From positions 3,872,001 to 3,936,000 of the forward strand of contig OY970399.1 of NCBI GenBank assembly GCA_963720545.1: 64,000 nucleotides of DNA, read 5' to 3'. Below, in pieces: positions 27,791 through 36,596 of the stretch. The notes beneath the pieces were generated by a model, which searched no databases, was not told the origin of the DNA, and saw only the letters and a program-made list of their open reading frames with translations. The position numbers were made by a program, and so were the translations under genes. The first letter of the stretch is position 1. Every line of letters starts with the position of its first letter. This stretch comes from an uncultured Acidobacteriota bacterium. Its GTDB lineage: Bacteria > Acidobacteriota > Vicinamibacteria > Fen-336.

Positions 27791-27910
27791 GGGGATCCCT
27801 CGGGCGCAGCGCAAGCGTTGAACGCCCTCGGGAAAACGGGGCCAGCGCAAGCGTTGAACGCCCTCGGGAAAACGGGGCCAGCGCATAGCGCGCCAGCCCT
27901 TCGGGAACAC
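27791..27910 (+). repeat. Family A repeat with internal 36-bp tandem amplification
   Basis: CAGCGCAAGCGTTGAACGCCCTCGGGAAAACGGGGC at 27807 and 27843, degenerate third unit at 27879. Confidence 0.85.
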
Positions 27911-27924
27911 AGTGCGAGTCGCAG

Positions 27925-28791
27925 CTAGTTCGCTGGGGCTTTGGCGAAGCCCAACGTGTCGCGGCCGCGGTCGCGGTCGTGCAGGCGGTCGCGGCCGTAG
28001 GGCGCATCGGGGATGATGCCGAGGGCGCGCAGGCCGGAGGCGTACTCGTAGCGCAGGGTGACGTTTTGCGCCGCCACGGGCTCGTAGTCGAAGTCGACGA
28101 GCTGCACACGGTCGTCGGTGCGCTCGCCCCAGCCGGTGCCGGGGTAGCTGCGTCGGCTTTCGCGCGCGGCGCCTGCCGCCGCTTTCGCCTCGGGCGCGGC
28201 CGCGGCCGGAGCGGCGTCGGCGCTCTGGTCACTGCGAGCGCGGGCGCCTGAGTCCGTCTCGGCTTCCGGGCCGGCTTCGCTGCGTTCGAGCTGCGCCATG
28301 GCGCGCAGCGGACGGCGCTCGCGATACGCGGCGACTTCCACCCAGCCCATCTTTTCGTTGGCCTTGCCGGAACGCGCGGCATACGAGCGGCGCTCGTCGA
28401 TGAAGGTGAAGCGGCGCACTTCCGCGAGCGAACTGCGCCAGCCGCGGATGGTCGCCTCCTGCCACGGGTCGAGGATGTACATGCGCCCCGGGCTCCCGGC
28501 GTGGTCGCGTTCTCCGCTGATGACGTTGAGGCCGTCGACGTCGAGGTCGACGCCGATGCGGCCGCCGGTCCGGTTGCGCAACACGATTTCGTACGGCGCG
28601 CCGGCGCGGGCCTCGAAGTAGGAACGGCCCGAGGCATCGACGGCGTCGTAGAGGGGTGTCGTGGCCCCGTCGATGCGGATCTCGACCGCGACCAGCGGCC
28701 ATCGTCCGCGGGACAGGACCTCGTGCGCGGCGGCCGGCACGGCTGCGGCGGGGATCGAAACGGCAAGAAGAGCCAGGATTCTCGGGTTCAT
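27925..28791 (-). CDS. Exported hypothetical protein
   Basis: Signal peptide; RNRTGGR...VDGLNVISG...IRGWRSS...GTGWGE; RBS GAGG. Confidence 0.8.
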   Translation of the reverse strand: MNPRILALLAVSIPAAAVPAAAHEVLSRGRWPLVAVEIRIDGATTPLYDAVDASGRSYFEARAGAPYEIVLRNRTGGRIGVDLDVDGLNVISGERDHAGSPGRMYILDPWQEATIRGWRSSLAEVRRFTFIDERRSYAARSGKANEKMGWVEVAAYRERRPLRAMAQLERSEAGPEAETDSGARARSDQSADAAPAAAAPEAKAAAGAARESRRSYPGTGWGERTDDRVQLVDFDYEPVAAQNVTLRYEYASGLRALGIIPDAPYGRDRLHDRDRGRDTLGFAKAPAN

Positions 28792-28834
28792 GGTTTGTCC
28801 CTCGTTCAGCCTGGATACGCGGCCGAACGCCCGG

Positions 28835-29614
28835 TTATTCCTGTTCGCGGTGGAAACCTCGCCGCGAGGCGGCGGCGAAAGCACCCATTTCCTGCGCCAG
28901 CGGCTCGCCGAGCGCCGCGACCCTGGCCAGCGCCTCGGCCAGCGGCAGGCCGGTGCGCGCCAGCAGGCGATAGGCCTCCTTCAGGGCCTGGCGGCTCTCC
29001 GCAGAGACCCCGGCGCGGCGCAGGCCGACCGTGTTGAGGCCGCGAGCGTGTCCCGGGTTGCCGTCGGTGACGGTGAACGGCAGGCAATCCTGCACGATCT
29101 TGGCGAGGCCGCCGACCATCGCCAGACGCCCGATACGGCAGAACTGGTGCACGCCGCAGATCCCGCCAAGGAACGCGCGGTCGCCGACCTCCACATGGCC
29201 CGCGAGCGCGACGTTGTTGGCTATCACCACGGAGTCGCCGATGGTGTCGTCGTGCGCGACGTGCGCGTTCACCATAAGGAAGCAGTGCGAGCCGATGCGC
29301 GTCGTGCCGCCGAGTACCGTGCTGCGGTGCGCGGTGACGTTCTCGCGAATGCGGTTGTTGTCGCCGATGACGAGGTGCGACACAGCGTCCTTGAAACCGA
29401 CGTGCTGTGGTTCGCCGCCCAGCACCGCGCCCTCGTGGACGACGTTGCCCTTGCCCAGGGTCGTGTGGCTCTTGATCGAGACCCGCGGGTGCAGCACCGT
29501 ACCGTCGCCCAGCACGGTGTGCGCCTCGACCACGCACCACGCGCCGATCACGACGCCGTCGCCGAGCACCGCATCGGCGCTGACGACTGCCGTCTCGTGG
29601 ATGCGCGCGTTCAC
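28835..29614 (-). CDS. lpxA: Acyl-ACP--UDP-N-acetylglucosamine O-acyltransferase
   Basis: Hexapeptide repeats, GGEPQ, IRENVTAHR, NAHVAHD, VHQFCRIG, GLNTVGLRR. Confidence 0.9.
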   Translation of the reverse strand: MNARIHETAVVSADAVLGDGVVIGAWCVVEAHTVLGDGTVLHPRVSIKSHTTLGKGNVVHEGAVLGGEPQHVGFKDAVSHLVIGDNNRIRENVTAHRSTVLGGTTRIGSHCFLMVNAHVAHDDTIGDSVVIANNVALAGHVEVGDRAFLGGICGVHQFCRIGRLAMVGGLAKIVQDCLPFTVTDGNPGHARGLNTVGLRRAGVSAESRQALKEAYRLLARTGLPLAEALARVAALGEPLAQEMGAFAAASRRGFHREQE

Positions 29615-31056
29615 TGGGCGCGCGGGGCGGGACCGAGCACTTCGTCGATGCTGCGCACGCTCACGGTGCCGAGATTCAGTGCCCGCAGCGGCGCTTCCAC
29701 CGTCTTGCGGTCGCCGACCACCACCAGCGCCATCCTCGCCGGGTCGATCCACGTCGCAGCCGCCTTCTGCATGCGCGGCGGGTCCACGGCGAGCGCGTCG
29801 GGGACGAACGCCGCAATCCCGTCCACGGGCAGGCCGTAAACCCAGGCGGCCGCGAGCTTCGCGCCGAGCTGACGCGTCGTTTCCAGTGTGGCGCCGTACC
29901 CCAGCGCCTTGTAGTTGCGGGTGCGCTCGGCTTCCGCGGCCGTCGGCAGGGTGCGGATGCGGCGCAGCTCGTTCATGAACTCGGACACCGCCGGCGCCGT
30001 CTTGTCGGTCTGCACGTCGGCGGCGGCCACGAACGAGCCGCCCGCGCCGCGATAGTCGAAGCGCGAGCTGGCGCTATATCCGTAGCCGTTGCGCTCGCGG
30101 ATGTTGGAATTGAGGCGCGACGAGAACGAGCCGCCGAGGAGCGTGTTGAGCACCTCGAGAGTCGCGAAGTCGGGGGTGCGGCGCGACGGACCGACGGCGC
30201 CGAAGCGGATCACGGATTGGGCCGCGTCCGGCTTGTCGACGAGGACGATCGCCAGGCGGCGAAGCGGCGCCGGTATTGGCAACTCGGCGGCGGCAGCGCT
30301 GCCTTTGGCCCACGCACCGAATGCCTTTTCGAGCAGCGGCAGCACCGCGTCCGCTGAAGTCGCGCCGGTCACCACGATGGCGGCGCGGTCGGCCGTGTAG
30401 CGCGCGGCGTGGAACGCCTGCAGGTCGGCCCGCGTCAATCCCGCGACGGCGGCGGCAGTGCCGCGGATCGGCGTGCCGTAGCGATGCGCGGCGCCGAACA
30501 CCGCCCGTGCGAGTGCCGCGGAGGCGATGTCCTGGGATTCATCGCGCGACTGCAGGAACTCGGCGAGCCGGTCGGCGCGCACGCGCTCCAGGTCGGCGGC
30601 TGGGAAGTCGGGCCGCAGGACGATCTCGGCGAGCACCGGCAGCGCCTGCTCGAGCCGCGCTACGGGCACGTGCAGCACCACTGCGGCGTGGTCCCACGCG
30701 GCACCGGCAGTCACCTCCGCGCCGAGGAAGTCGAGGCTGTCTTCCACTTGCAGTGCGTCCTTGCCACCGGCGCCTTCGTCCAGCATGTCGGCGGTGAGGA
30801 GTGCCAGCCCCGGCTTTCCGGCAGGATCGGTCGCGGCGCCCGCGCGCACCACCACCGAGATGTCGACAACCGGCACCTCGTCCATGGTCGCGACCATCAC
30901 CGGAATGCCGTTCGCAAGCGTGCGGCTGACGACGGCCGGCAGCTTCAGCGGCCGCACCGGGCCGGGGGCCGGCGGCTTGCTGCGGTCGGCCGCGGGCGCC
31001 GTTGCGCCGGCTGCGGCAAGGGTGAGCGCTGCGAGGCTGCCGAGGGCGCGGTTCAT
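29611..31056 (-). CDS. M16 family peptidase, non-catalytic subunit
   Basis: LANGIPV, GLALLTADMLDEG (no HxxEH), GGSFSSRLNSNIRERNGYGY. Confidence 0.88.
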   Translation of the reverse strand: MNRALGSLAALTLAAAGATAPAADRSKPPAPGPVRPLKLPAVVSRTLANGIPVMVATMDEVPVVDISVVVRAGAATDPAGKPGLALLTADMLDEGAGGKDALQVEDSLDFLGAEVTAGAAWDHAAVVLHVPVARLEQALPVLAEIVLRPDFPAADLERVRADRLAEFLQSRDESQDIASAALARAVFGAAHRYGTPIRGTAAAVAGLTRADLQAFHAARYTADRAAIVVTGATSADAVLPLLEKAFGAWAKGSAAAAELPIPAPLRRLAIVLVDKPDAAQSVIRFGAVGPSRRTPDFATLEVLNTLLGGSFSSRLNSNIRERNGYGYSASSRFDYRGAGGSFVAAADVQTDKTAPAVSEFMNELRRIRTLPTAAEAERTRNYKALGYGATLETTRQLGAKLAAAWVYGLPVDGIAAFVPDALAVDPPRMQKAAATWIDPARMALVVVGDRKTVEAPLRALNLGTVSVRSIDEVLGPAPRAQ

Positions 31057-32438
31057 TGGCCAGCCTGCGCGGCGGCGACGCCGAGCTGCCTGGCACCTTG
31101 CGGCACCACCGACAGCACCGCGCGGCCGGGGCCGAGGAAGCGGGTGGCGGCGGCGCGCACGTCCGCAGGCTTCACCGCCATGTAGCGCGCCAGGTCGGCG
31201 CCGAAATAGTCGGGGATACCGGTATAGAAGAAGTAGCGGTTGAGGCTGTCGGCCTTGCCGTCGAACGAGCCCACCGACTCGAGGCCGTCGTAGAACGAGG
31301 CCTCGGTGCGATTGCGGAAGCGCGCGACTTCCCGCTCGGCCGGTGCTTCCGCCTGCAGCTTCGCGATCTCTTCGTCCACCAGCTTCAGAATCGAGCCCAG
31401 GTCTTTGCCGGCGCGGGCGGTGACGACGATGACGAAGGTGGAGGCCATGCCGCCCGGCTGCTGGAAGGCGGCGACATCCTGCGCCGCCTTGAGGTCGTAC
31501 ACGAGCCGCTTGTAGAGCCGCGAGTTCTTGCCGTTCGCGAGCACGCCGGCGAGCGTGTCGAGCGGCGCCTCGGCGGGCGAGAATGCCGGCGGCGTCGGCC
31601 AGACGATGTAGAGGCGCGGCACCTGCACCTGATCCTCGATCACGCGCCGCTTCTCGCTCGTGAGCGTCACCGGCCGCGGCACTAGCGGCTCGAGCGGCTC
31701 GCTCTTCGGCACGTCGCCAAACCACTTCTCGGCGAGCGTGCGGACCTGCGCGGTGTCGACGTCGCCGGCAATCGACACGCTCGCGTTCGCCGGCCCGTAG
31801 TACGTCTTGAAGAAGTCGACCACGTCCTGGTAGCCGGCCGCGCCCAGGTCGGTCATCGAGCCTATGGTCGGCCACGAGTACGGGTGGTCCTTCGGAAAGA
31901 TCATCTCGATGAGGTTCAGCTCGGCCATCCCGTAAGGGCGGTTCTCGTAAGACTGGCGGCGCTCGTTCTTCACGACATCGCGCTGGCCGTCCACCTTGGC
32001 GGGCGACATCGCGTCGAGCAGGAAGCCCATGCGGTCGGACTCGAGGAACATCGGCAGCTCCACGGCGTTGCTCGGCGCATCCTCGAAGTACATGGTGCGG
32101 TCGTTGTCGGTGGTGCCGTTGTTGCGCCCGCCGGCTTGTTCGAGCCACGCGTCGAACGCTCCCTCGGGCACGTTCTTCGAGCCCTCGAAAAGGATGTGCT
32201 CGAAAAGGTGCGCGAAGCCGGTGCGTCCCGGCTTCTCGCGGCCCGAGCCCACCCAGTAGAAGGTGTTGACGCTGACCACCGGCGCCGAATGGTCTTCGTG
32301 CACCAGCACGGTGAGCCCGTTCTGCAGCCGGAACACTTCCGTAGGGACCGCAAGCCGCGCCTCGCCGGCCCAGGCGGGGACGGCGAGGCACACGGCAAGG
32401 GCCGCGGCGGCGACGGCTCGTGGCGGTGACTGGCGCAT
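31053..32438 (-). CDS. M16 family zinc peptidase, catalytic subunit
   Basis: GRTGFAHLFEH (HxxEH), VVKNERRQ, HPYSWPTIGS. Confidence 0.92.
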   Translation of the reverse strand: MRQSPPRAVAAAALAVCLAVPAWAGEARLAVPTEVFRLQNGLTVLVHEDHSAPVVSVNTFYWVGSGREKPGRTGFAHLFEHILFEGSKNVPEGAFDAWLEQAGGRNNGTTDNDRTMYFEDAPSNAVELPMFLESDRMGFLLDAMSPAKVDGQRDVVKNERRQSYENRPYGMAELNLIEMIFPKDHPYSWPTIGSMTDLGAAGYQDVVDFFKTYYGPANASVSIAGDVDTAQVRTLAEKWFGDVPKSEPLEPLVPRPVTLTSEKRRVIEDQVQVPRLYIVWPTPPAFSPAEAPLDTLAGVLANGKNSRLYKRLVYDLKAAQDVAAFQQPGGMASTFVIVVTARAGKDLGSILKLVDEEIAKLQAEAPAEREVARFRNRTEASFYDGLESVGSFDGKADSLNRYFFYTGIPDYFGADLARYMAVKPADVRAAATRFLGPGRAVLSVVPQGARQLGVAAAQAGQ

Positions 32439-32459
32439 GACCGCTGAGCTTACGCCGTC

Positions 32460-33065
32460 TTACTTCGCGGCTGCTGGCGCGTTCTTCGCGTTCGTCTCGA
32501 GGTTGATCTCGATCGTGACTTCGTCGCCGAGGATGAAGCCGGCATCGAGCGCGCGGTTCCAGGAGACGCCGTAGTCCTTGCGGTTCACCCTGGTCTCCAG
32601 CTCGAAGCTCGCGATGTCGTTGCCGCGCGGATCCTTGCCGGTGCCGAGCAGGGTGACCGGCAGGACCACTTCCTTGGCGACACCGCGGATCGTGAGCGTG
32701 CCGGCGACTTCGAACAGGTTGTTGCCCTTGGCGGTGATCCTGCTGCTCTTGAAGGTGATCTCCGGGAACTGCGCGACATCGAAGAAGTCCGCGCTCTTCA
32801 GGTGGTTGTCGCGGTCGGGGACACCGGTGTCGATGCTCGCCGCCTTGATCGTGAACTCGACCGAGCCGCCCTCGGGCTTCGCGGGGTCGGCCGCGACGGT
32901 GCCGGCGAATTCGTTGAAGCGGCCGCGCACGTTGCCGGTGAGGTGGCGGATCTTGAAGCTCGCCTCGGAGTGTGCCTTGTCGATCTGGTACGCGGTGGAC
33001 GCGGCCATGCCCGGCGCTGCGGCGAGGGCAAGGACGGCTGCGGCGGTGAGGATGAGACCCTTCAT
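32460..33065 (-). CDS. yceI: YceI family lipid/polyisoprenoid-binding protein
   Basis: IDKAHS, SIDTGVPDRDNHLKSADFFD, GTLTIRGV. Confidence 0.93.
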   Translation of the reverse strand: MKGLILTAAAVLALAAAPGMAASTAYQIDKAHSEASFKIRHLTGNVRGRFNEFAGTVAADPAKPEGGSVEFTIKAASIDTGVPDRDNHLKSADFFDVAQFPEITFKSSRITAKGNNLFEVAGTLTIRGVAKEVVLPVTLLGTGKDPRGNDIASFELETRVNRKDYGVSWNRALDAGFILGDEVTIEINLETNAKNAPAAAK

Positions 33066-33105
33066 GAGTGCGACCTCCTGTGTGTTGGGGAAAACGGTTG
33101 CTGCT

Positions 33106-33603
33106 TCAGGAAATTACTGGACCGGGATGCGCGCCGCTGACGAGCGACGAACGCACGGCATCGAGAAGACGGACGAGACGGGCGAGGTCGGCCTTGCCGA
33201 GCGCCGCCAGCGCGCGCTTGTTGGCGGCACGCACGGGGCGGTCGAGTGCGGCGAGAATGCGCAGGCCTTGCGGGGTGATCCAGGCGAGGACCTGGCGCTT
33301 GTCCGCGTCGCAGCGGCGGCGCGTGACGAGCCCCTTGGCTTCGAGCCTGTCGAGTAGCCGGGTGATGCCCGGAGTTCGTTCCACCATGCGGCCGCCGATC
33401 TCGAGCGTCGGCAGCCCGGCGTCGCCGGCGCCGCGCAGGATGCGCAGCACGTTGTACTGCTGCGGGGTGATCCCGGCCGGCTCGACCACAGCCGTGACCC
33501 GCGCGCGGACCACGTCGGCGGTGCGAAACAGCGCCAGCGCCGCCTCTTCGGCGACGCTCGCAAACGGCCGCGTCTGCTGCAGCTCCTCCTGCATCCTGCC
33601 CAT
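33106..33603 (-). CDS. MarR family transcriptional regulator
   Basis: ITPQQYNVLRILRGAG...PGITRLLDRLEAKGLV...DKRQV. Confidence 0.9.
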   Translation of the reverse strand: MGRMQEELQQTRPFASVAEEAALALFRTADVVRARVTAVVEPAGITPQQYNVLRILRGAGDAGLPTLEIGGRMVERTPGITRLLDRLEAKGLVTRRRCDADKRQVLAWITPQGLRILAALDRPVRAANKRALAALGKADLARLVRLLDAVRSSLVSGAHPGPVIS

Positions 33604-33627
33604 GCTGCCGCTGAAGTTAGGGCAGAA

Positions 33628-33645
33628 TGCTTGACGTATCAAGCA
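33628..33645. promoter_or_regulatory. Putative MarR operator
   Basis: Inverted repeat TGCTTGA-CGTA-TCAAGCA ~25 bp upstream of the marR start. Confidence 0.6.
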
Positions 33646-33692
33646 AAAGGTTGTTGCGTCATGTATCCGCGGGTCACCGCACGTAACTGCGG

Positions 33693-34793
33693 CTACCGGA
33701 CCCGGCCGCGCGCGACGATCTCGATGTCTTCCACCACGCGGCCGCCGCGCACCCCGAGCAGGCGATCGTGCAGGTTGCTGACGACGCAGGCGTGGTTGGG
33801 CAGGATGCGCACGCGCTGGCCGACGCTGAAGCTGTCGCCTGGCGCCGCCTCGATGACACCGTGTTCTTCGGAGAGGCGCGCAATGCGGCTGTTGGTGCCG
33901 AGCACCAGGCCGTGGCCGCCGCCGCGCGGTCGCAGCGGATCGCTCGAGAGCGTCTTGCTGCCGGCATCCACCACGGCCTGGTTGGCTGCACCCGAGGTGC
34001 TGATCACCGTTGCGATCACCGTCATCGCGCAGTCTTCGAGGCCGCAGGTGCCGAGCGCCACCTGCGAGGCGTCGTGGTAGACGTAGTTGCCGGGACGGCA
34101 TTCGTCGAAGCCGCCGGCGCGCATCGCGGCACGCGCGGTCGGCGTCGAGCCAACCGACACGGTCCCGACCTCGATGCCGTCGGCGCGCAGCTCGGCCGCC
34201 GCCTTCGCCATCACGCCGCCTTCCTCCGCTCCCACCCGCGCCACGTCCGCCGGGGTCTCGCCGGAGTAGCCGTGACCGGCGTGGGTGAAGATTCCCTTGA
34301 GGCGCAGGCCGCGCATCCTGCCGAGCGCGCGCGCCAGTGCCAGCACGTCGCGCGGCTGGACGCCGACGCGGTGGTAGCCGCAATCGACCTTGATGACGAC
34401 GTCGAGAACGCGGTTGGCGGCTGCGAACGTCGCCGCCAGGCTCTCGGCCCCGGCCACCGAGTCGACGCCCACCGAGAGCGTCGCCCGCTCCGCCACGTCC
34501 AGCAGCCGCCGCGCCTTCGCGGCACCGATGACCGGATAGGCGAGGAACAGGTCGGTGAAGCCGCGCGCCGCGAACACCTCGGCTTCACCGGTCTTCGCGA
34601 GCGACAGTCCGCGCGCGCCGGCGTCCAGTTGCAGCTGCGCGATGCGCTCCGACTTGTGGGTTTTCGCGTGCGGGCGCAGCGACACCGAGGCGGCGGCCGC
34701 CGCGGCCGCCATGCTCGCGATGTTGCGCTCCGCCACGTCGAGGTCGACGACGACGGCGGGCGTGTCCACGGAATCGATTTCGAGGGAGGTCAT
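33693..34793 (-). CDS. PLP-dependent fold III enzyme (D-threonine aldolase / D-serine dehydratase family)
   Basis: TPAVVVD, LRPHAKTHK, GSTPT, RPGNYVYHD, DAGSK, SEEHG, PNHAC. Confidence 0.9.
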   Translation of the reverse strand: MTSLEIDSVDTPAVVVDLDVAERNIASMAAAAAAASVSLRPHAKTHKSERIAQLQLDAGARGLSLAKTGEAEVFAARGFTDLFLAYPVIGAAKARRLLDVAERATLSVGVDSVAGAESLAATFAAANRVLDVVIKVDCGYHRVGVQPRDVLALARALGRMRGLRLKGIFTHAGHGYSGETPADVARVGAEEGGVMAKAAAELRADGIEVGTVSVGSTPTARAAMRAGGFDECRPGNYVYHDASQVALGTCGLEDCAMTVIATVISTSGAANQAVVDAGSKTLSSDPLRPRGGGHGLVLGTNSRIARLSEEHGVIEAAPGDSFSVGQRVRILPNHACVVSNLHDRLLGVRGGRVVEDIEIVARGRVR

Positions 34794-34837
34794 TGGCGAT
34801 GTAGCTTACCGGCACCGTCAGCGGGAGGTGAGCGAGC

Positions 34838-35929
34838 GTGGGAGTCCGTGCCATGGTGATGACAGCGCCGCACACCGCCGTGGTGATGCGCGAGTTCGCC
34901 GAGCCGCACGCCGCCGACGGCGGCGCGGTGCTCGACACGATCGCGAGCGAAGTGTGCGGCACCGACGTCCACCTGCACCACGGCCGGCTCGCGGGGGTGC
35001 CGTACCCGATCGTTCCCGGACACGTCAGCCTCGGCACCATCCGTGAGCTGCGCGGCGAGCTCCGCGACGTCGACGGCCGCGCCTTCCGCACCGGCGAGCG
35101 GGTGACCTACTACGACGTCTTCGGCATCTGCGGCGAGTGCTGGCATTGCCTGGTCGCGAAGGCCGGGACGCGCTGCCCGCAGCGCCGCGTCTACGGCATC
35201 ACCACCTCGGCCGCGGATGGACTGCTCGGCGGCTGGTCGGAGCGCATCGAGATCCTGCCTGGCGTGCGGCTCCTGCGAATTCCCGACGAGCTCGACGATC
35301 TCGCTTTCCTCGGCGGCGGTTGCGGCGCGCCCACGGGTTTCCACGCCGTCGAGCGAGCCGGCATTCGCATGGGCGACACGGTGGTGGTGCAGGGCTCGGG
35401 GCCGGTGGGGTTGAGCGCCGCGGTGTTCGCCCAGCTGGCCGGCGCCGATCGCGTGCTGGTGATCGGCTCGCCGCAGCTGCGGCTCGCGGCGGCAGGGCGG
35501 CTCGGCGCCGCCGAAACGCTCGACATCGCGACGGCGTCGAGTGGCGAGCGCGCCGCGTGGGTTCGCGAACGCACTTCAGGCCGCGGCGCCGACGTTGTCA
35601 TCGAGGCGTCTGGCAATCCGGCGGCGGTCCGCGAGGGCCTCGAGATGCTGCGCGACGCCGGTCGCTACGTGGTCGTTGGGCAATACACCGACGCGGGCGA
35701 CGTCAGCCTCAACCCGCACGCGCACATCAACCGCAGGCACGCGACCATCCTCGGCTGCTGGGGATACGAGTTCACGCACCTGCACCGATGCCTGCGGATG
35801 ATGGCGCGCCACGCGCAACGCTTCGACTGGGGTTCGCTGGTGAGCGCCGACTATCGCCTCGAGCGCGCCAACGAGGCGCTCGACGACATGGCCAACCTGC
35901 GCGTGGTGAAGGCCGTGATCCGGCCTTAG
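34838..35929 (+). CDS. Zinc-binding alcohol dehydrogenase family protein
   Basis: VCGTD, CGECWHC, GSGPVG. Confidence 0.9.
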   Translation: MGVRAMVMTAPHTAVVMREFAEPHAADGGAVLDTIASEVCGTDVHLHHGRLAGVPYPIVPGHVSLGTIRELRGELRDVDGRAFRTGERVTYYDVFGICGECWHCLVAKAGTRCPQRRVYGITTSAADGLLGGWSERIEILPGVRLLRIPDELDDLAFLGGGCGAPTGFHAVERAGIRMGDTVVVQGSGPVGLSAAVFAQLAGADRVLVIGSPQLRLAAAGRLGAAETLDIATASSGERAAWVRERTSGRGADVVIEASGNPAAVREGLEMLRDAGRYVVVGQYTDAGDVSLNPHAHINRRHATILGCWGYEFTHLHRCLRMMARHAQRFDWGSLVSADYRLERANEALDDMANLRVVKAVIRP

Positions 35930-35933
35930 CCGC

Positions 35934-36596
35934 TCAGAAGCGCAGGGTGTGGCGCTGCTTGCGCCACTCGATCTCGACCTCGCCGGTGCCGATGCGCAGC
36001 ACCTTGACGTCGCCGATCTCGTCGCCCTCGAAGAAGATCCTGTCGTCGATGAGCGCGATCGGCTTGCCGTCGCGGGAGCTGATCGCCTGGAGGTGCGGCT
36101 CGCCCTTCATGCTCCCCGGCCCTGACGCACGGGGTTCGTTCGCAGCGCCCGATCCGCTGTCCGCCGGCGCCGCGGCTTCCGCAGTGCGTTGCGGGAGCGG
36201 TTCGGGTCGTACCGCCGGCGCCGCGGAGCGCGGCTGCACTTCACGCGGTGACTCGGGAACGTTGGCGGCGGCCGGCGCCGCGGTGCGGAACGTGCTGGGT
36301 GCAACCGGGGGCGGCTCGGCCGGCGCGACTACGGGCGCCGCAACCACCGGCGGCTGTGCCGCGGCGGGCGGCGGGGCGGCGGCTTGCCTCGCCGGTGGCA
36401 CCGAGTTCCTCGACGTCAGGAACGTCGTGCCGAGCCCGCCGAGCGCCACCAGCGCCAGTGCGCCGATCGCCAGCAGCCACACCGGCACCGCCCGCCTGCC
36501 GTCGCGCCACGGCGCTTCACCGGCGGTGATGATCGGCGCCGCGGCGCGGGCCTGCTCGCGCTCCAGCTTCTTCAGGGCTTCCAGGATGAGGCTCAC
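35934..36596 (-). CDS. GspB/ExeB-like protein
   Basis: SLILEALKKLE N-terminus, TM helix, Pro/Ala linker, short C-terminal domain; coupled to exeA. Confidence 0.75.
   Translation of the reverse strand: MSLILEALKKLEREQARAAAPIITAGEAPWRDGRRAVPVWLLAIGALALVALGGLGTTFLTSRNSVPPARQAAAPPPAAAQPPVVAAPVVAPAEPPPVAPSTFRTAAPAAANVPESPREVQPRSAAPAVRPEPLPQRTAEAAAPADSGSGAANEPRASGPGSMKGEPHLQAISSRDGKPIALIDDRIFFEGDEIGDVKVLRIGTGEVEIEWRKQRHTLRF

Noticed and set aside
27807..27910. 36-bp direct repeats as a CRISPR array
   Set aside because: Units are head-to-tail with no spacers, no cas genes are present, and the unit is part of interspersed repeat family A
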